Below are positions 1-15,022 of a stretch of 64,000 bases of DNA, piece by piece; within the stretch, counting starts at the first letter, position 1; each line of letters opens with the position of its first letter. The position numbers were made by a program, and so were the translations under genes. This stretch comes from Octopus vulgaris (Eukaryota), in NCBI GenBank assembly GCA_951406725.2, contig OX597830.1, forward strand, positions 29,078,001 through 29,142,000, written 5' to 3'. The notes below the pieces were generated by a model that saw only the letters and a list, made by a program, of their open reading frames with translations, was not told the origin of the DNA and did no database searches.

Positions 1-121
1 TATATTTATTGTTCTGTTCATTTTTTTTTTTTTAATTTTAATTTTTTTTTTTTTTTTCATTTTTATCTGTCTCCTGTTTCTTTTCTTCATTTCATTAGAA
101 ATTTGCTGCTGGAAGTATGAG

Positions 122-195
<74 letters not shown>

Positions 196-363
196 GCAGA
201 TAAAAAAAACGGTTTTGTCGGAAGATATCCTTGTATTCTTAATGAAAATGTTTACTGACTCGAGTGATTCAGCTTTGATGACTCTGTTGGCTTTACTCAT
301 CAAATATTCTTCGGCAAATTTAATTGAATACACTCATAAATATATACCAGAGCAAATATATAT

Positions 364-492
<129 letters not shown>

Positions 493-576
493 ATATGGTC
501 ATATATACATACGCACACAAATATATACGTATATGTGTAGAGGGAAACATATCCATTCGCCAATCCTTCTATAGAG

Positions 577-621
<45 letters not shown>

Positions 622-899
622 CAATGATACCCACATATTGACACACATACTCCCACATCTATGTGCATGCACGTACGATTTTATTAGTATGTATTAAAGT
701 TTTAATTAGTGAAGAGATAACCTCGGCACAGCAATACTTTGTTTGATCATTCTTCGTCCTTAACAAATTCCTGCCTCAAAAATGTTGAAGTGGTTTTTTT
801 TTTCTTTTCTTCTCCTTTTCGGCTCCGCTTATATAAATTCACACATGCAAGAAGATATATGAAGCATAGGTACCAAATCATAGGTATAGCCAAACATAG

Positions 900-939
<40 letters not shown>

Positions 940-1488
940 TATATACATACATATATATGTATGTATGTATTTATATATAATTTTATATATATATATATGT
1001 ATGTATTTATATATATTTATATATATATATATATGAATATATACATATGTAGGTACATATATGCATATATACATGCATTATACATATATACCTACATATG
1101 TGCATACATAGTGATATACAGACATATGTAATTCACAAAGCATATATATATATGCTTCCGTGTGTGTATGTCTGTGTGTATGTGTGTCTGTATGCGTGTG
1201 TGTAATTATTCAGTCACATACACAAACACGCCCATGCTACTATATTTTGACTCTATACAGATATTTTTCTTTTATTCCTCTTGTTCCACACATGGCAGCT
1301 CCCTAGAGTTTAGTTACCGATCTGAAAGCAAGATGAATATTTAAATTTGCAGAGAGAATTAGCTTTAGTTAATTTTTGTATTTGGCTATCATGTTTGTTT
1401 GCCTTTTTTTTTTTTTGTTATTCTATCTTTGTAAATTCTTGATTTTCCGCTTTAATTTTCTTTTTTTTTTTTCTTGCCTCATTTTATT

Positions 1489-1621
1489 TTAATGTCTCAT
1501 TTTATTTAATGAGGCTTGAAAACAAACTACATTATAATTGTGCAGATTTGAATAGAATAGCATTATCTGAATACTGAAGATATTCAAATAAAATGCAGTA
1601 ACACAAGGAACAGAAGACGCC
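1489..1621 (-). CDS. Candidate terminal exon with hydrophobic C-terminus
   Basis: Strong acceptor (ttttttttcttctttcctcttgctttag). Phase-2 frame reads ASSVPCVTAFYLNIFSIQIMLFYSNL...RH*. Two AATAAA on the minus strand near 1483-1506. No homology recognised. Confidence 0.25.
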
Positions 1622-1689
1622 CTAAAGCAAGAGGAAAGAAGAAAAAAAAAGTAAACACCAGAATAGCAAAACAATTAATAATTTGCCTT

Positions 1690-1905
1690 ATAGACACCAG
1701 ACAATAAATTTTGAAGATGTTATGGGTTGGTCGATTTCATCCAATATCACTACTTGACTGGTCGTTAATTATGATTTCCATTCTCGGGGGGATGGGAGTC
1801 ATAATTGACCTCGGCGGGATTTGAACTTAAAACGTAATGAGACGTAACTAAGTAAAGCAAAGCAGTTTGTTCGACGCTCTACCGGTTTCGTCAATATACT
1901 CGCTT
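1690..1905 (-). mobile_element. tRNA-derived SINE family A (Meta/MESC-like core), diverged
   Basis: ttgacctcggcgggatttgaact segment matches the better copies at 18305-18857 and 41177-41720. Confidence 0.7.
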
Positions 1906-2593
1906 CAATAAAACGTCTAACCTGAATGATATGCTTTTTAAGCGTTCTGTAATAAATAGTAAGTTGCTATCTGTGGCCTCCATTTTGTCGGATGTTTTCA
2001 TAGCATACTGGATGAAAAGCTTTTCCTTGTACTTAGCTCAGCAATCCAATATTTCATGTAGGAAAGAAGAGTTAGCTCTCAACCAACCACTTGCAATGCA
2101 ATGTATTGACTTCAGGATGAAGTGAATTAGTTGAATGATCTTGAATACTAAGCCTCTGTCTACCCCGGGAATTTTGGTGTGTAAATTTGAAATCATTAGA
2201 ATTTGAAAGAAATCAAAATGGTATAATTGGTAGAATCCCTTTCAGGGAATTTAACCCGCTCTGAACTTATTTACGAAAAGTGATTTTTAAGCATTTGTAA
2301 GGACATTGTATTGACAGAATCGTTGTATTATCTGACAAACTACTTCACGGTATCTAGTTTAGGATTCATACGGTCTGAGTTTAAACCCCTCATAGGCCAA
2401 GTTTGCTTTTTATCACGTGTTATGCATTTCCCTGTTTGATTACTGCTATGATCTTTTCAAACACGGTTATTTCTTTGCATTTTCTCAAAGAAGACAACCA
2501 ATTCTTTCAACAGGCTTGAAATCATGGCAAAAATTACAGGCGATTGTGTCCATTATCCGGGAGAATGAATACTCCTCTATGCTAACATGACTG

Positions 2594-2730
2594 ATGTATG
2601 CATGTATGTATGTATGTATGTATGTATGTATGTATGTATGTATGTATGTGTGTGTGTATGTATGTATGTATTATGTATGTATGTATGTGCTTGCGCATAT
2701 GTATGTATGTAAGTATGTACGTATGCATGT
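2594..2730. repeat. (TGTA)n microsatellite
   Basis: Direct reading. Confidence 0.95.
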
Positions 2731-3251
2731 ATGCACGAATGTCAATCTACCGGAGATGGGCAATATTCGTCATATTTCTAGAATACAAGGATCGTATTTC
2801 AGGATGCAGAATGACTACATAAAGTATGGAAGATTGATTGATTTATAATTCGAGTCATGACATTTTAGTAAAAGTCTACGAGATGAATGAATGGTGGGCA
2901 ATGGAATGAGATGTATAAAAGTTTAGTTTAAATTTGGCATACCTTCATAATTTCAACGGGAGTAGAGGAGAACATTACAGTAACAGTTGAATGCCATTCA
3001 AATAATATCGGAACATATTCACTATTTAAATAATATTTTTTTCTTTTCCTTTCATATAACTCTAGGCTTTATTAAGATAAAGCCCTCACTTGTCATTTAA
3101 GCAAACAGTAAACGTTTGCTACAAAAGGAGGCACTCCTAAATTTCTGATTTAATTACTGCTGTCAAATAAGTACGGTATTGTCAAAAATTAATAACTGTA
3201 TGAGGGATTGGTCGGTATTTTATTTCAGATTCAGGTATATGCTTCCCACCT

Positions 3252-3307
<56 letters not shown>

Positions 3308-3479
3308 CACACACACACACACACACGGACATAATACTTACATACACACATATGCACATAGTGGTGATTGTGATGCTTGCAGCCAATAATAGAATTCTGT
3401 TGCTTCCATAAAAATATTTTTAGTTCTTTATTGTTTTTAAATTTATTTTCATCTGTCAGGCTGTAGATTGGCGGAAAAT

Positions 3480-4180
3480 GTAGCGTCCAAGACGGAAATA
3501 CATTTACAAAATGAGTTCGAATAGTACCAGGGTACAGTCTACTTTTCATCTGCTCGAGGTAGAAACGAAAAACGAATAAATTAATACAATAGCTGCCAAT
3601 TCACCGAGCTCTACTTCTTTGTAACTGTGATGTCAATTTTCAATATCATCATTTTGGATTGGTTTCATGAACTAAGATTTGTGAAATGAAGCTCTCTATG
3701 CCAAGCGATATTTCTCTAGTAGTTGACGAGGTCAATATCACATATATATACCCTGTGACTGACGCTGAAAGGGCAATACTGTTCTAGTCTTTGTACAGTT
3801 GTGATATGATTATTATCCGTGCAATCTCAATGGACGAGGCAATCTGCTATGTATAATCAACATTTGAATCCGTCCTAATAGTTTATCATTCTGTAATAAT
3901 ATACATATTTCGATTCAGGAATTTACGATTCTTTGCCAGATGAAGCAGGATGAAGATTCCGGTTCGTCTATGGTGGTAATAAGATTATTAATCTACGGTT
4001 GGTAATTCCAGGTAGGATGATGCATTCACTTAGTGAATGGAGCCTTGGCCTGATTATTGGCAAGCAACTAAATTTTATTAATTTATCCTACTTTTCGTAA
4101 TCCCTGGATTTTTTACCCAACATTTCCAGGTTTCTGTGTTGAAATTAATTTCTGGTCGACTATGAATCTTTCTTTGTATT
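3480..4180 (-). mobile_element. Highly decayed LINE (CR1/L2-group) reverse transcriptase remnant
   Basis: Minus-strand KSRLYPGTIRTHFVNVFPSW resembles the LYxxLVRPHLEYxxxVW motif; upstream LGI-like stretch. Many frameshifts. Confidence 0.35.
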
Positions 4181-4221
4181 GCTTATTTTGTGCATATATC
4201 AACAAACTATTACTACTACAT

Positions 4222-4430
4222 CGATGGCATGGCAGAATCAAGAGAGCATCAGAGAAAATGCCTTGTGGTATTTAGTCACTCTGTTTACAACCTGAGCTTG
4301 AATTATATTTTTGTCAATTTTTCTTTTCACTCTCCTTCGGTCGATAAAATACCAGTCAAGTATTTGAGTTGATTTCATCGATTAATCCTTTTAGAAATTT
4401 CTGGCCTTTTGCCTATATTACGAACAATTA
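4222..4430 (+). mobile_element. SINE family A, diverged
   Basis: tggcagaatc head; cttttcactctccttcggtcgataaaataccagt core. Confidence 0.65.
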
Positions 4431-5534
4431 TTATCATAATGGTGGATTGACAGAATCAAGGTTTGCGGATAAGAATGCCACCCACGTGGTACACAACTAC
4501 GTAGTATTATTTGAAAAGTTCTAATGAAAACATCGTTATTCATTATCACCAGATTATTAAAATAATTAGCGCTGACGTACTAGGATCGATTTTATATTCC
4601 TGTGAAGCATTCTGGACGTGAATGCAATTATAATAGAAAACAAAGAGTATGGAATATCAGCGTTATAGCTATGGAATATACACATTGCCTCATATAATTA
4701 TGTGTTTTTACATTCAGAGTTCAAATCGTGACGAAATCGATTTCGTCTTTCATCCTGTCGAAGTTGAGCAATAATTATAAGTCAGAAGACCGAGAAGTGA
4801 TTTAAGCGACTGTCTTCTCCATCAATACCATTACTTCTTTAGGACCCTGATTTCACTGTCATATAAAATATTAATTGGCAAGTATACAAATTCGTGCTTT
4901 GTCCTATCGCAGAGTCTCATCCGTTTCAATCATTTCTTCGCACCTTGTCGCACATTCAATATTCCATCTCACAGGTCATGCTTAATATTTTCTCAGACGA
5001 TCTTTTTTCACTCCCTATATACCAAAATAAATTAAATAGAAATATTGTTTCCTCTCACCAGCGTTTTTGCTGTAAACTCCAACGCGATGTTACAACTAAA
5101 CGTCACAATTATACGTCTTCCCAATCCTAAAGCGACACTGAAAGATCTGAGTACTGTTTCCACTTTTCTAACTTATACAACTGATACAAAATTTCCTAAA
5201 GAAATACTGGGATTCCATAAGGACATTTCCTTTGATGAAAGAACACCACCCGCTTCCCATACATTACTCGTTTATAATTATTAGCTCGTATTTGTCGCAT
5301 AATAATTCTTGCCATCTTCTACTAAGCCTCATCATTATTAGAATATCTTCCATTCATGTTGCTCGTTACGTTCATAATTAGTTGGGAATATGTTTACTAA
5401 TAAGCCTTTTAAAATCGTCAAAACATTTCGCTTTGATGCTGGATTCTTTTAATTATCTTCTACTTTGCTAGTATGAGACTATATTTTATTTTTCATTGAC
5501 TAGATCCATAATTACATATTGCGTAGTATTTTCT

Positions 5535-5770
5535 TTTATATTCTATTACTCGTTTCACTCATTGTACGGTGACCATGCTGGGGCACCGGCTTGAATGGTT
5601 TCCATGGAGAAAAACCGACCCTAGTACATATTTTGTTTTTTGACGTATGTGACTGTATTCTATCGGTTTTCTTTTGCCGAACTGCTACCTTACCAGGACA
5701 CAAAACTAAACTGGTTGTTAAGCAAACACAAAAATGCAAACACAAATACACACATACAAATATATATATA
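5535..5770 (-). mobile_element. SINE family B 3' half, diverged
   Basis: ccatgctggggcaccg and tattctatcggt segments match family B copies. Confidence 0.65.
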
Positions 5771-6020
5771 CACACAATCATTTTGAAATGTTAAGTCAGA
5801 TTTAACATATAATATTTGATATATGCCATAATTTTGCGATGAGGAAACTGCAATAAATATTATTTACATTATTTATTTTATTTACATTATTTACTGCAAT
5901 ATATATTGTTTTTATTCTTTCCTGCATAAGGGGAATCTTGAAACATATTTCAGTAGTGTGCCGAGTTAGCAGAATTTTAAGAGCACCTAACAAAATGGCC
6001 CTTATCATTTGTTCCAGTTA

Positions 6021-6190
6021 AAGGTGGCCAGCTGGCAGAATCATTAATATTCCGAAAGTATGTGTTGCAGTATTTCTTTTGCCTTTACGTTCTGCATTCA
6101 AATGCCACCAAGGTTGAGTTAGCCATTTATCCTTTGAGGTAGATGTAAAATGCACCAGTTAAGGTACTGGTGTCGATGTAATCTGCTAGC
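6021..6190 (+). mobile_element. SINE family A, diverged
   Basis: ggtggccagctggcagaatc head, tacgttctgcattcaaat B-box region, actggtgtcgatgtaatc tail. Confidence 0.7.
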
Positions 6191-6387
6191 GATTACGACA
6201 TTTTCCATCTAGGAACATCATAACATTTTGTTTATTGTGCATAAATTGATTTTTATTCTTTCTCACCCATTCAATTTTAATCTACAATCGTACATCTTAG
6301 CAACTTGGTTATCGAATCTCTTTACATATTCCAGTCTTGTGCCAATAAATGAATTACTGTACTACTACAACTACTACTACTACTAGT

Positions 6388-6688
6388 GAAGTTACATGGC
6401 TCAGGGGTTAGGGCGTCGAGCTAACGATCGTGAAGTTGCGAGTTGGGATCCCGGACCGGGCTGCTTGTTGTGTCTTTGAGGAAGACACTTTGTTTTACGT
6501 TGCTCCAGTTTACTCAGCTGTAGAAAAGAGTTGCCTTTCCCTTGGATAACACTGGAGCGTGGAGAGGGGCGGCCGGCATGCATGGGTGACTGCTGGTCAT
6601 CCATAAACAAACTTACCCGGAATTGTGCCTGGGAGGGTGGCTTTCTAGGTGCAATCCCATGGTCAGTCATGTCCGAAGGGGGTATCAG
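6388..6688 (+). mobile_element. tRNA-derived CORE-like SINE family C
   Basis: A-box-like tggctcaggggtta, B-box-like gagttgggatccc, and gttgtgtctttgaggaagacactt...gttgctcca shared with 48723-48958. Confidence 0.7.
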
Positions 6689-6694
6689 CAGCTA

Positions 6695-7020
<326 letters not shown>

Positions 7021-7374
7021 ATTGTCTTTATTTATTTATTTTTTTTTGTTATTATTGTTTGTAGTATTATACGTTTGCTTCGATTAAAATCCTTACTGCT
7101 TAGATTCAACTGAACAGTGAATATAAGAAGAAAGGAGAAACACCCACCGACACGAACCTCATCTATATCAAGCTTGCTATCATCTTCACCCTCAACACAA
7201 GGATCACCATCGCCCTTCACAAGCATCGGTATTATTATCAGCGTGCATTTCGTCAACAGAACAATCAACGCATTTGCATCCATTTTGCAGTATGGGAATA
7301 TTGGTAATAGAAATAAACAATTATAATGATGATAATAAGATCAAGTGTATAAGGTGCTGCCACTGCTGCTGTTA

Positions 7375-7410
<36 letters not shown>

Positions 7411-7554
7411 ATGGTGGTGGTGGTGGTGGTGGTGATGACGACGGTGATTATCTTGAGAATGTTGGTAGTGCTGACGGTGATGATCATAATGATGATAATG
7501 ATGATGAGGATTATCATCCATATCATCATCACCACAACCATCATCATCATCATC

Positions 7555-7719
7555 ATTTCAAAATTTATATATCATTCACTCATTTATTTTATTGCTGCCG
7601 AATTTTGTCATCATCATCATCATCATTATCATCATCATCATCATTATCATCATCATAGTCATCGTCGTCGTCGTCGTCATCGTCATCAACATCATCACCA
7701 TTATTATTATTATTATTAC

Positions 7720-7797
<78 letters not shown>

Positions 7798-7803
7798 CAT
7801 CGC

Positions 7804-7852
<49 letters not shown>

Positions 7853-8125
7853 GTTGTTGTTTTTGTTATTATTATTATCGTTATCATCATAACGAGAACG
7901 GTAGAAATACTGACGAGTGAATAATACTAGTGCTAATAATAATAGTAACAAATGCTAATAATACTACTATAATAATGATAACTGTTTAAGGAATAACGAT
8001 GATGATGGTGATGATGATGATGACGATGATGATGATAATTATGATGATGATGATGATAATGATGATGATGATGATGATATTGATGACTGAGATTAATAAT
8101 AATGATAATAATAACAATAATAATG

Positions 8126-8192
<67 letters not shown>

Positions 8193-8345
8193 CGAGCAAT
8201 AATAATAATAATAGTAATGCTGTTGTTGTTGGTGGTGGTGGTGGTGCTGTTTGTTGTGGTGATGAGGATGATGATGATGATGATGATAACAAAATTCGGC
8301 AGCAATAAAATAAATGAGTGAATGAAATCATATAAATTTTGAAAT
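7555..8345. repeat. Foldback: ~60-bp unique inverted arms enclosing complementary trinucleotide arrays
   Basis: tcattcactcatttattttattgctgccgaatttt (~7572-7606) is the reverse complement of aaaattcggcagcaataaaataaatgagtgaatga (~8291-8325). Confidence 0.85.
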
Positions 8346-8937
8346 ATGGAATAAGCGGATGGGAATGGAAATAGGGGGGAAATGGTGAATGAGAGTTGGT
8401 GGAAGAGAGGAGCCATGGAAATATATAATGGAAAGAAAGCAGCTAAAAGAAGACGAAGGAGAAGAAAACGTTGGAGAAAAATATTTTTACTTGTTAATTA
8501 GAATCTATTAAAGTAGCAAGTTATATGCGCGAGTATAGCCCTGAGGGTTAGTAATTATTCAAGAAGTTGAGATTCGTTTGGATGCATTGAAGATATTTAG
8601 TGTAATGAAAAATAGAAGGCTGAATAAATTTCTTTGAAGTCTCATCTTTATTTACTGTCGATTTCTTTGAAGGAATTTTTGACACAATATCACGCTACCT
8701 CTAACAAGTAGGGACCCAGTATAACAACAAGAACAACAAGAACAACGGAAAATAAAGAAAGCCATCGACAACAAAAATTAAAAAGCAAACGGTAAATAAA
8801 CAGTAAAAATAAGACAATATAAAAAAATGGAGAGAAATAAATAAATAGATAAATGAATAAATGTTATACACATGTGTATATGTGTATCTGCTGATATATG
8901 TGTATCTGCTGTTTGTGCATGTGTGCCTGTATGTATG

Positions 8938-9019
<82 letters not shown>

Positions 9020-9082
9020 AATCAAATATATGTATGTGCTTATCAAGATATGTATACATATGTAATAGACAAATCTCTCACA

Positions 9083-9144
<62 letters not shown>

Positions 9145-9775
9145 ATATACATACATATATACATGCATAAATATATATGTATATGTATATTTATATGTAT
9201 GTATATATATATATATATATACATACATACATGGGTGTATATATGAATGCGTTTTTCTGTGAATGTATGCTAGTGTATGTGTGAGAGTATTTGTGTGTTT
9301 ATATTCGCCTGCATGTATGTGTCGGATTATATATAAAGCATCACATTTGTTTAATATTTTACAGAGATCCACCAAATGCACACTCATATATGCGCATATA
9401 CACATATACACACACACATACATACATACATACATACATACATACATACATACACGCATACATATATAATAAAACACATAAACATTAGCAAGTAGATATT
9501 TAATAAAAAAGAAGGAATGAAACATACATGATAAAATAAAATATAAAATTATTAACAAAAAAAAAACTATTTGGAAAAATGCAAAAAAAAAAAATGACAG
9601 AGAAACAGAAATTCTGAGTATTAATAAAAGAAATTGACGAAATATGAAAATTTTTGTCACAGTTTTTATTCTTTGACACGCAATCTTTTTACATTGAGCT
9701 TTTTACGTTCACCCAACTCGCTTTAAATACACGCACGCCAAATGCGCGCCCCTCTTTGTGTGTGTGAGTGTGTGT

Positions 9776-9825
<50 letters not shown>

Positions 9826-10464
9826 ATTTGTGTGTGCACATATATATATATATAAATATATACACATGGATGGCAAAAACAGAAGTCTTTTTTTGAGCAT
9901 TCATTTATTGAGACACGCATAAATATGCACACATGTTCAAATACACACACATACACACACTTGCGAACTCCCTCACCTAACGCTCCTTTTTTGTGTGTAC
10001 TTTCACTCCAGCACACACAAAGGTCTTTCCCACTCACTTTCTCTTTCTCTTCCTATCTCTCTGCATTTTTTTTCCTCTCCGATATCATCTTGCCCTTAGT
10101 CTGTCACTTTCTGCTTTCCTTCAATATATATCCAGACAAGTTCCTATTGAATCTCAAACGTTATAGTGTTTGCATTTGATTCTGTTTGTTTCATCCCATC
10201 TATATATTTTGTTTGATGTTATTTTTAGGGTCTGTATTATTTCCTGTTCTTAGAAACAACTCTTACAACAATAACGATATTTAATAATATGTTGTGTTGC
10301 TGATGCTGTTGTCTTTGATGTACTTATTTGCTGTTGTTGTTTCTTAATGCTGATGTGTGTTTTTCTGAGATTTATGCCTCACCCTAAGTACTTGTAAAAA
10401 TCCATTTATAATTTCTCACGTATATTTGAAAAAATAAAACGCAATATTATTTATATTATGTACA

Positions 10465-10495
<31 letters not shown>

Positions 10496-11554
10496 CTATA
10501 TAAATATATATAACATACATATATATATATATATAATAATACATGTATACTTATATACATACATATATATGTGTGTGTGTGAACACTTTTATATGTGTGT
10601 GTGTGTATAGAGGATTTACTTGTATTGTTCGTACATCAATCAAAAATGTTGAGGAAGCACTTCTGTTTTACTTTCCATTAGTCTGTCTGTATGTCCATGA
10701 AGTCAGTCAGTTAATGTGACTGCGTGTCTGTCAGTCTGTCTGTTAGTCATGCAGCGTTTTGGTATATCTCTCTCTGTTCCCCCGTCTCCACTTCTTCATC
10801 CTCCTCCTCCCCCACGTCAAATCTTCTACTTCCTCCCCTACTCCGCCTCCTAAATCATTATTATTTCACACTCATTCTATTTATTTTACCATTTTCATTA
10901 TAATCCCGTGTCGTTTGTCCAATTTCAATTGTATTTCCAGTTTTTCTCTATTTCATCCTTGTTTACTGCTTGGCTGTTTTGTTTAGTGGCTGATTTCTTG
11001 GTAGGCTGTTCCTTTATAAACTTTAGGTCAGCCCTGCATGAACAGATATACGCTCAAATGCTTTACAAACTTACCCGAGAATTTATATAAATATTGCTTA
11101 CCTAATGCGGCATTTTCATTATCACATTGTGTCATGTGACATCCCCACTTTCAATGATAGTATACAGTGATTTCAGAGAGACATACATGCTATTACTAGC
11201 ATTGTGAAGCACGAAGCTTCAAAGGTTTCATTGTTGCTTGGTTCAGTATTTGCCAATTGCAGGCATTGATGTTTTCAGCTGGTCAGCAGAACTCCAGCAG
11301 GGATATGATTGAAGTCAACTGTTCCATGTGTAACTAGCTTGTAATATGCAGCAGAGTCTTAAATATAGGCGAAATAGTGTGGGAAATTTCAAATCAGATG
11401 TAACTATCGCTGAAGTTTAAAAGCTGAGCACAAACCATTAAAGTGATCTTTTAATCTAAAACCAAATATATTCAAAAATAAAATATATGATGAAGCAATT
11501 GATGCTTCATTTTCTTGAATAATATAATTGGTTGTAGATGGGTAATCTAGAAAT

Positions 11555-12170
<616 letters not shown>

Positions 12171-12463
12171 TAATCTAGAAATGTCAGATTTTAAAGGCAA
12201 GAAAATGAATGTCGATATAGTGTCAGAAAACTGCTTTTCGATATTTGTACCGCTATTTACATTCTAACACCAAATCCAACCATGGTCAACTTTTCAACCG
12301 TGATATTCAACCATCCGAAACTGATACCGAAAATACAGGAGTAGATGTATAGGATTATTTCCAGCCCTGATGTTTGCTGCGTTTGGGCCGAGATTACTAT
12401 GGGAAAGTTAGTGGTTAATTATGCTCTTTGTCTCTGACAATCATAACTATCTCTTTCTCCCTG

Positions 12464-12523
<60 letters not shown>

Positions 12524-12682
12524 AATAGTTATCGCCAAGCTAATATGGCAGTCCATAGATATAGGATGAAAGCTGCCGTTGATTAGTTCCAGGAGGAACT
12601 AATAGCTAGCTATGACACACGAACCTGTGTCCATTAAGACCTTCGAACAGAGGTCAGCTGCTTCCCCTTGCTGATCAGGCAT

Positions 12683-12723
12683 CTGAAGACATGTTTCAGG
12701 GTATTTGCCCTTTATCAATGCAG
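12683..12723 (-). ncRNA. Degenerate type-I hammerhead ribozyme
   Basis: Minus strand cugca-UUGAUAA-aggg caaaua cccu-GAAA-CAUG-UC-uucag: two core substitutions, perfect 4-bp stem II, palindromic stem III, GUC site. Confidence 0.6.
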
Positions 12724-13425
12724 AGTAGCCAAACCCAGTAGGCGTCGCTACTGACCACCTGTTCGAAGGATTATTTACCTAAATTCAGTGGAATACATCC
12801 ACTGGTTTTCAAAAGTAGAAATATTATTATTTCTAAGTCTCTATAAAGGAGACTATGCTTAAACAGTCACATATAGTACATGAAGCAAAAAAATGTCAAT
12901 TAATAAAAAATATGAACGTTTATAAGTTAGAATAGACATAAAACAATGTTTTATAGACTGCCTATTTACTTCTGTCACGTCTGTACCTATATACTACCAC
13001 TTCATCACATTATATGGTTTCTTTCCAATATTTTCAGTCTATTGTCGTGCTTGTAATTGTATAATTGTAATCAAAATACTGTATTTTATGTTTTTTTACT
13101 ATAAAAGCTTTATAATATATTTTCAAAGTCACATTCGTTTACATAGTAATTTAACGTTTGTATTATCTGATACATAGGTTGTGCTTTCTCAAGGCGAACA
13201 GAAAACTTTTCAGGATTCCGACAGTATATCCACTTTAATTACGAAATACAGTTGTTTGCCTGTTAACTATGCTGTCAGTGATTTTCAGTCATCGTTTTTT
13301 CCTTTATTTATTTATCTTTTTTTTTTGTTAATACTAGTATAGGCTAAATCTGTATTAGCATGCACTTGAGAGTGGTTAAAAGACAATGCCGAAGTTGGAT
13401 GATTTTCGTCAGTAACTGAGATATA

Positions 13426-14938
13426 CAGTGGCTTGCAAAAGTCTACACTCTCTTTGAAAATTTATATATTTTGTATAATTTAACAGGAAGCAATACATTT
13501 TGTCCAATTCCAATGATTGTTAAATAATAAGCAGATCCATAACACTTTCCTTTGATATAAAAATCACATATAAAGATTTCTCACTGATTCTTAAAATCAT
13601 ATAAGTTAGAAAAATATTTTTGCAAATGTTTTCACCCCTCCAGATATTATACTGTGTTATCAGGTATTTTGTCATTGATGTATACAATCCAAAACAATCA
13701 AAAGTGACATGTGTGTCCTACCTTAACAAACAAACTTGACCAGTCTATTATTTTGCTATATAAGATGATTTAACTGCCTACAAAATCCTTAGAATTGCTC
13801 CTAAGCACCGTTAAGAAGTGGTTAGTGCACAGAACTACTGCTACCCTACCAAGATCTGGGTGACCGAGCAAATTTCCAAGAAGTGCAAAGTCAAAACTGG
13901 TCCCGGAGGCAAACTCCAACCCTAGGGCAACACTGGAAGACTTGAAAGCTTCAGTTTCCAGTACTGGGACAGATGTTCATGCGTCTACAATTTCCAGAGT
14001 ATTGTACCGGTCTGGCCTACAAGGGAGGGCAGCTAGAAAATACCCCTTCTGAAGCCTATACACAAGGTAACTAAGCTAAAATTTGCCAAAAGTCACATTA
14101 ATGATTTCATGACTCTCTGGCGAAAGATTTTGCGGTCAGATGAGATCAAAGTCGAGTTATTTGGAAAAAATACGAAATGCTACGTCTGGCGGAAAAAAAA
14201 AGCGCTGCTCACCAACCTCGCTACACCGTCCCCACTATAAATCACGGCGGTGGCTCGATCACGATTTGGGGCTAATTTTCAACTGCAGCGCCTGGAGAGT
14301 TGGTAACCGTCCAAAGTATCATAGACAGTGTCAAATACCAAGAAATACTGGAGGCAAACCTGCTGAAGTCTGTTAGAGCTCTGCGCTTGGGTGACAATTT
14401 CAAGTTTCAACAAGATAAGGACCCCAAGCATGTGTCAAAAAGCACTAAAGTTCGGTTTGCTAGCAAGAAAATTACAGTTTTGGAGTGGTTTAGCCAGTCT
14501 CCAGACTTAAATCCTATAGAAAATCTATGACGAGATCTAAAGCTGGCTGTGCACCGACGTTCCCCATCCAATCTGACACACCTCGAGAAGTTCTGCCACG
14601 AAGAATGGCGAAAACTGTCAGCAGATCACTGCAGCAAGCTCCTGGAAGGCTATTCGAGACGTCTGTAGGCTGTAATTGACGCAGCAGGATTATCCTCAAA
14701 GTATTAGCTGAAGACATTCCAAAGGGGTTGTAGACGTTTCAAAAGACATTTTTCAAAATTATCTGTATTTAAGAATCTGTTTAAAAATTTTCAAATGTAT
14801 TTTGTGTATTAAATAAAAGTATGATAGATCTACTTATTGAAACAAAGTTTTGGAGTTTAAAATATTAATTTTTCCTATGAAAAAAAAAACAAAAAACATC
14901 CAGTTTCCAAAGCGGGTGTAGACTTTTGCAAGGCACTG
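13426..14938 (+). mobile_element. Tc1-family DNA transposon with long IR/DR terminal repeats
   Basis: Ends CAGTGGCTTGCAAAAGTCTACAC / GTGTAGACTTTTGCAAGGCACTG, TA on both sides; ~215-bp imperfect TIRs with inner repeats at ~13620-13640 and ~14722-14745. Confidence 0.95.
13780..14707 (+). pseudogene. Disrupted Tc1 DD34E transposase
   Basis: RSGxP linker, SDEIKVELFG, QQDKDPKH...SPDLNPIENL with 34 residues between D and E. Stops and frameshifts; N-terminus apparently missing. Confidence 0.93.
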
Positions 14939-14964
14939 TATCTGCATTTTACAACACTGTACGT

Positions 14965-15022
14965 CTTTATGAGATGCCTATCCCAGAGAAACACTTTATG
15001 AGATGCCTATCCCAGAGAAACA
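14965..15022. repeat. Perfect 29-bp tandem duplication
   Basis: ctttatgagatgcctatcccagagaaaca x2. Confidence 0.9.

Noticed and set aside
99-114. 16-nt segment between ttcattag and gtatga
   Set aside because: Frame-shifting length, at the window edge, no supporting evidence.
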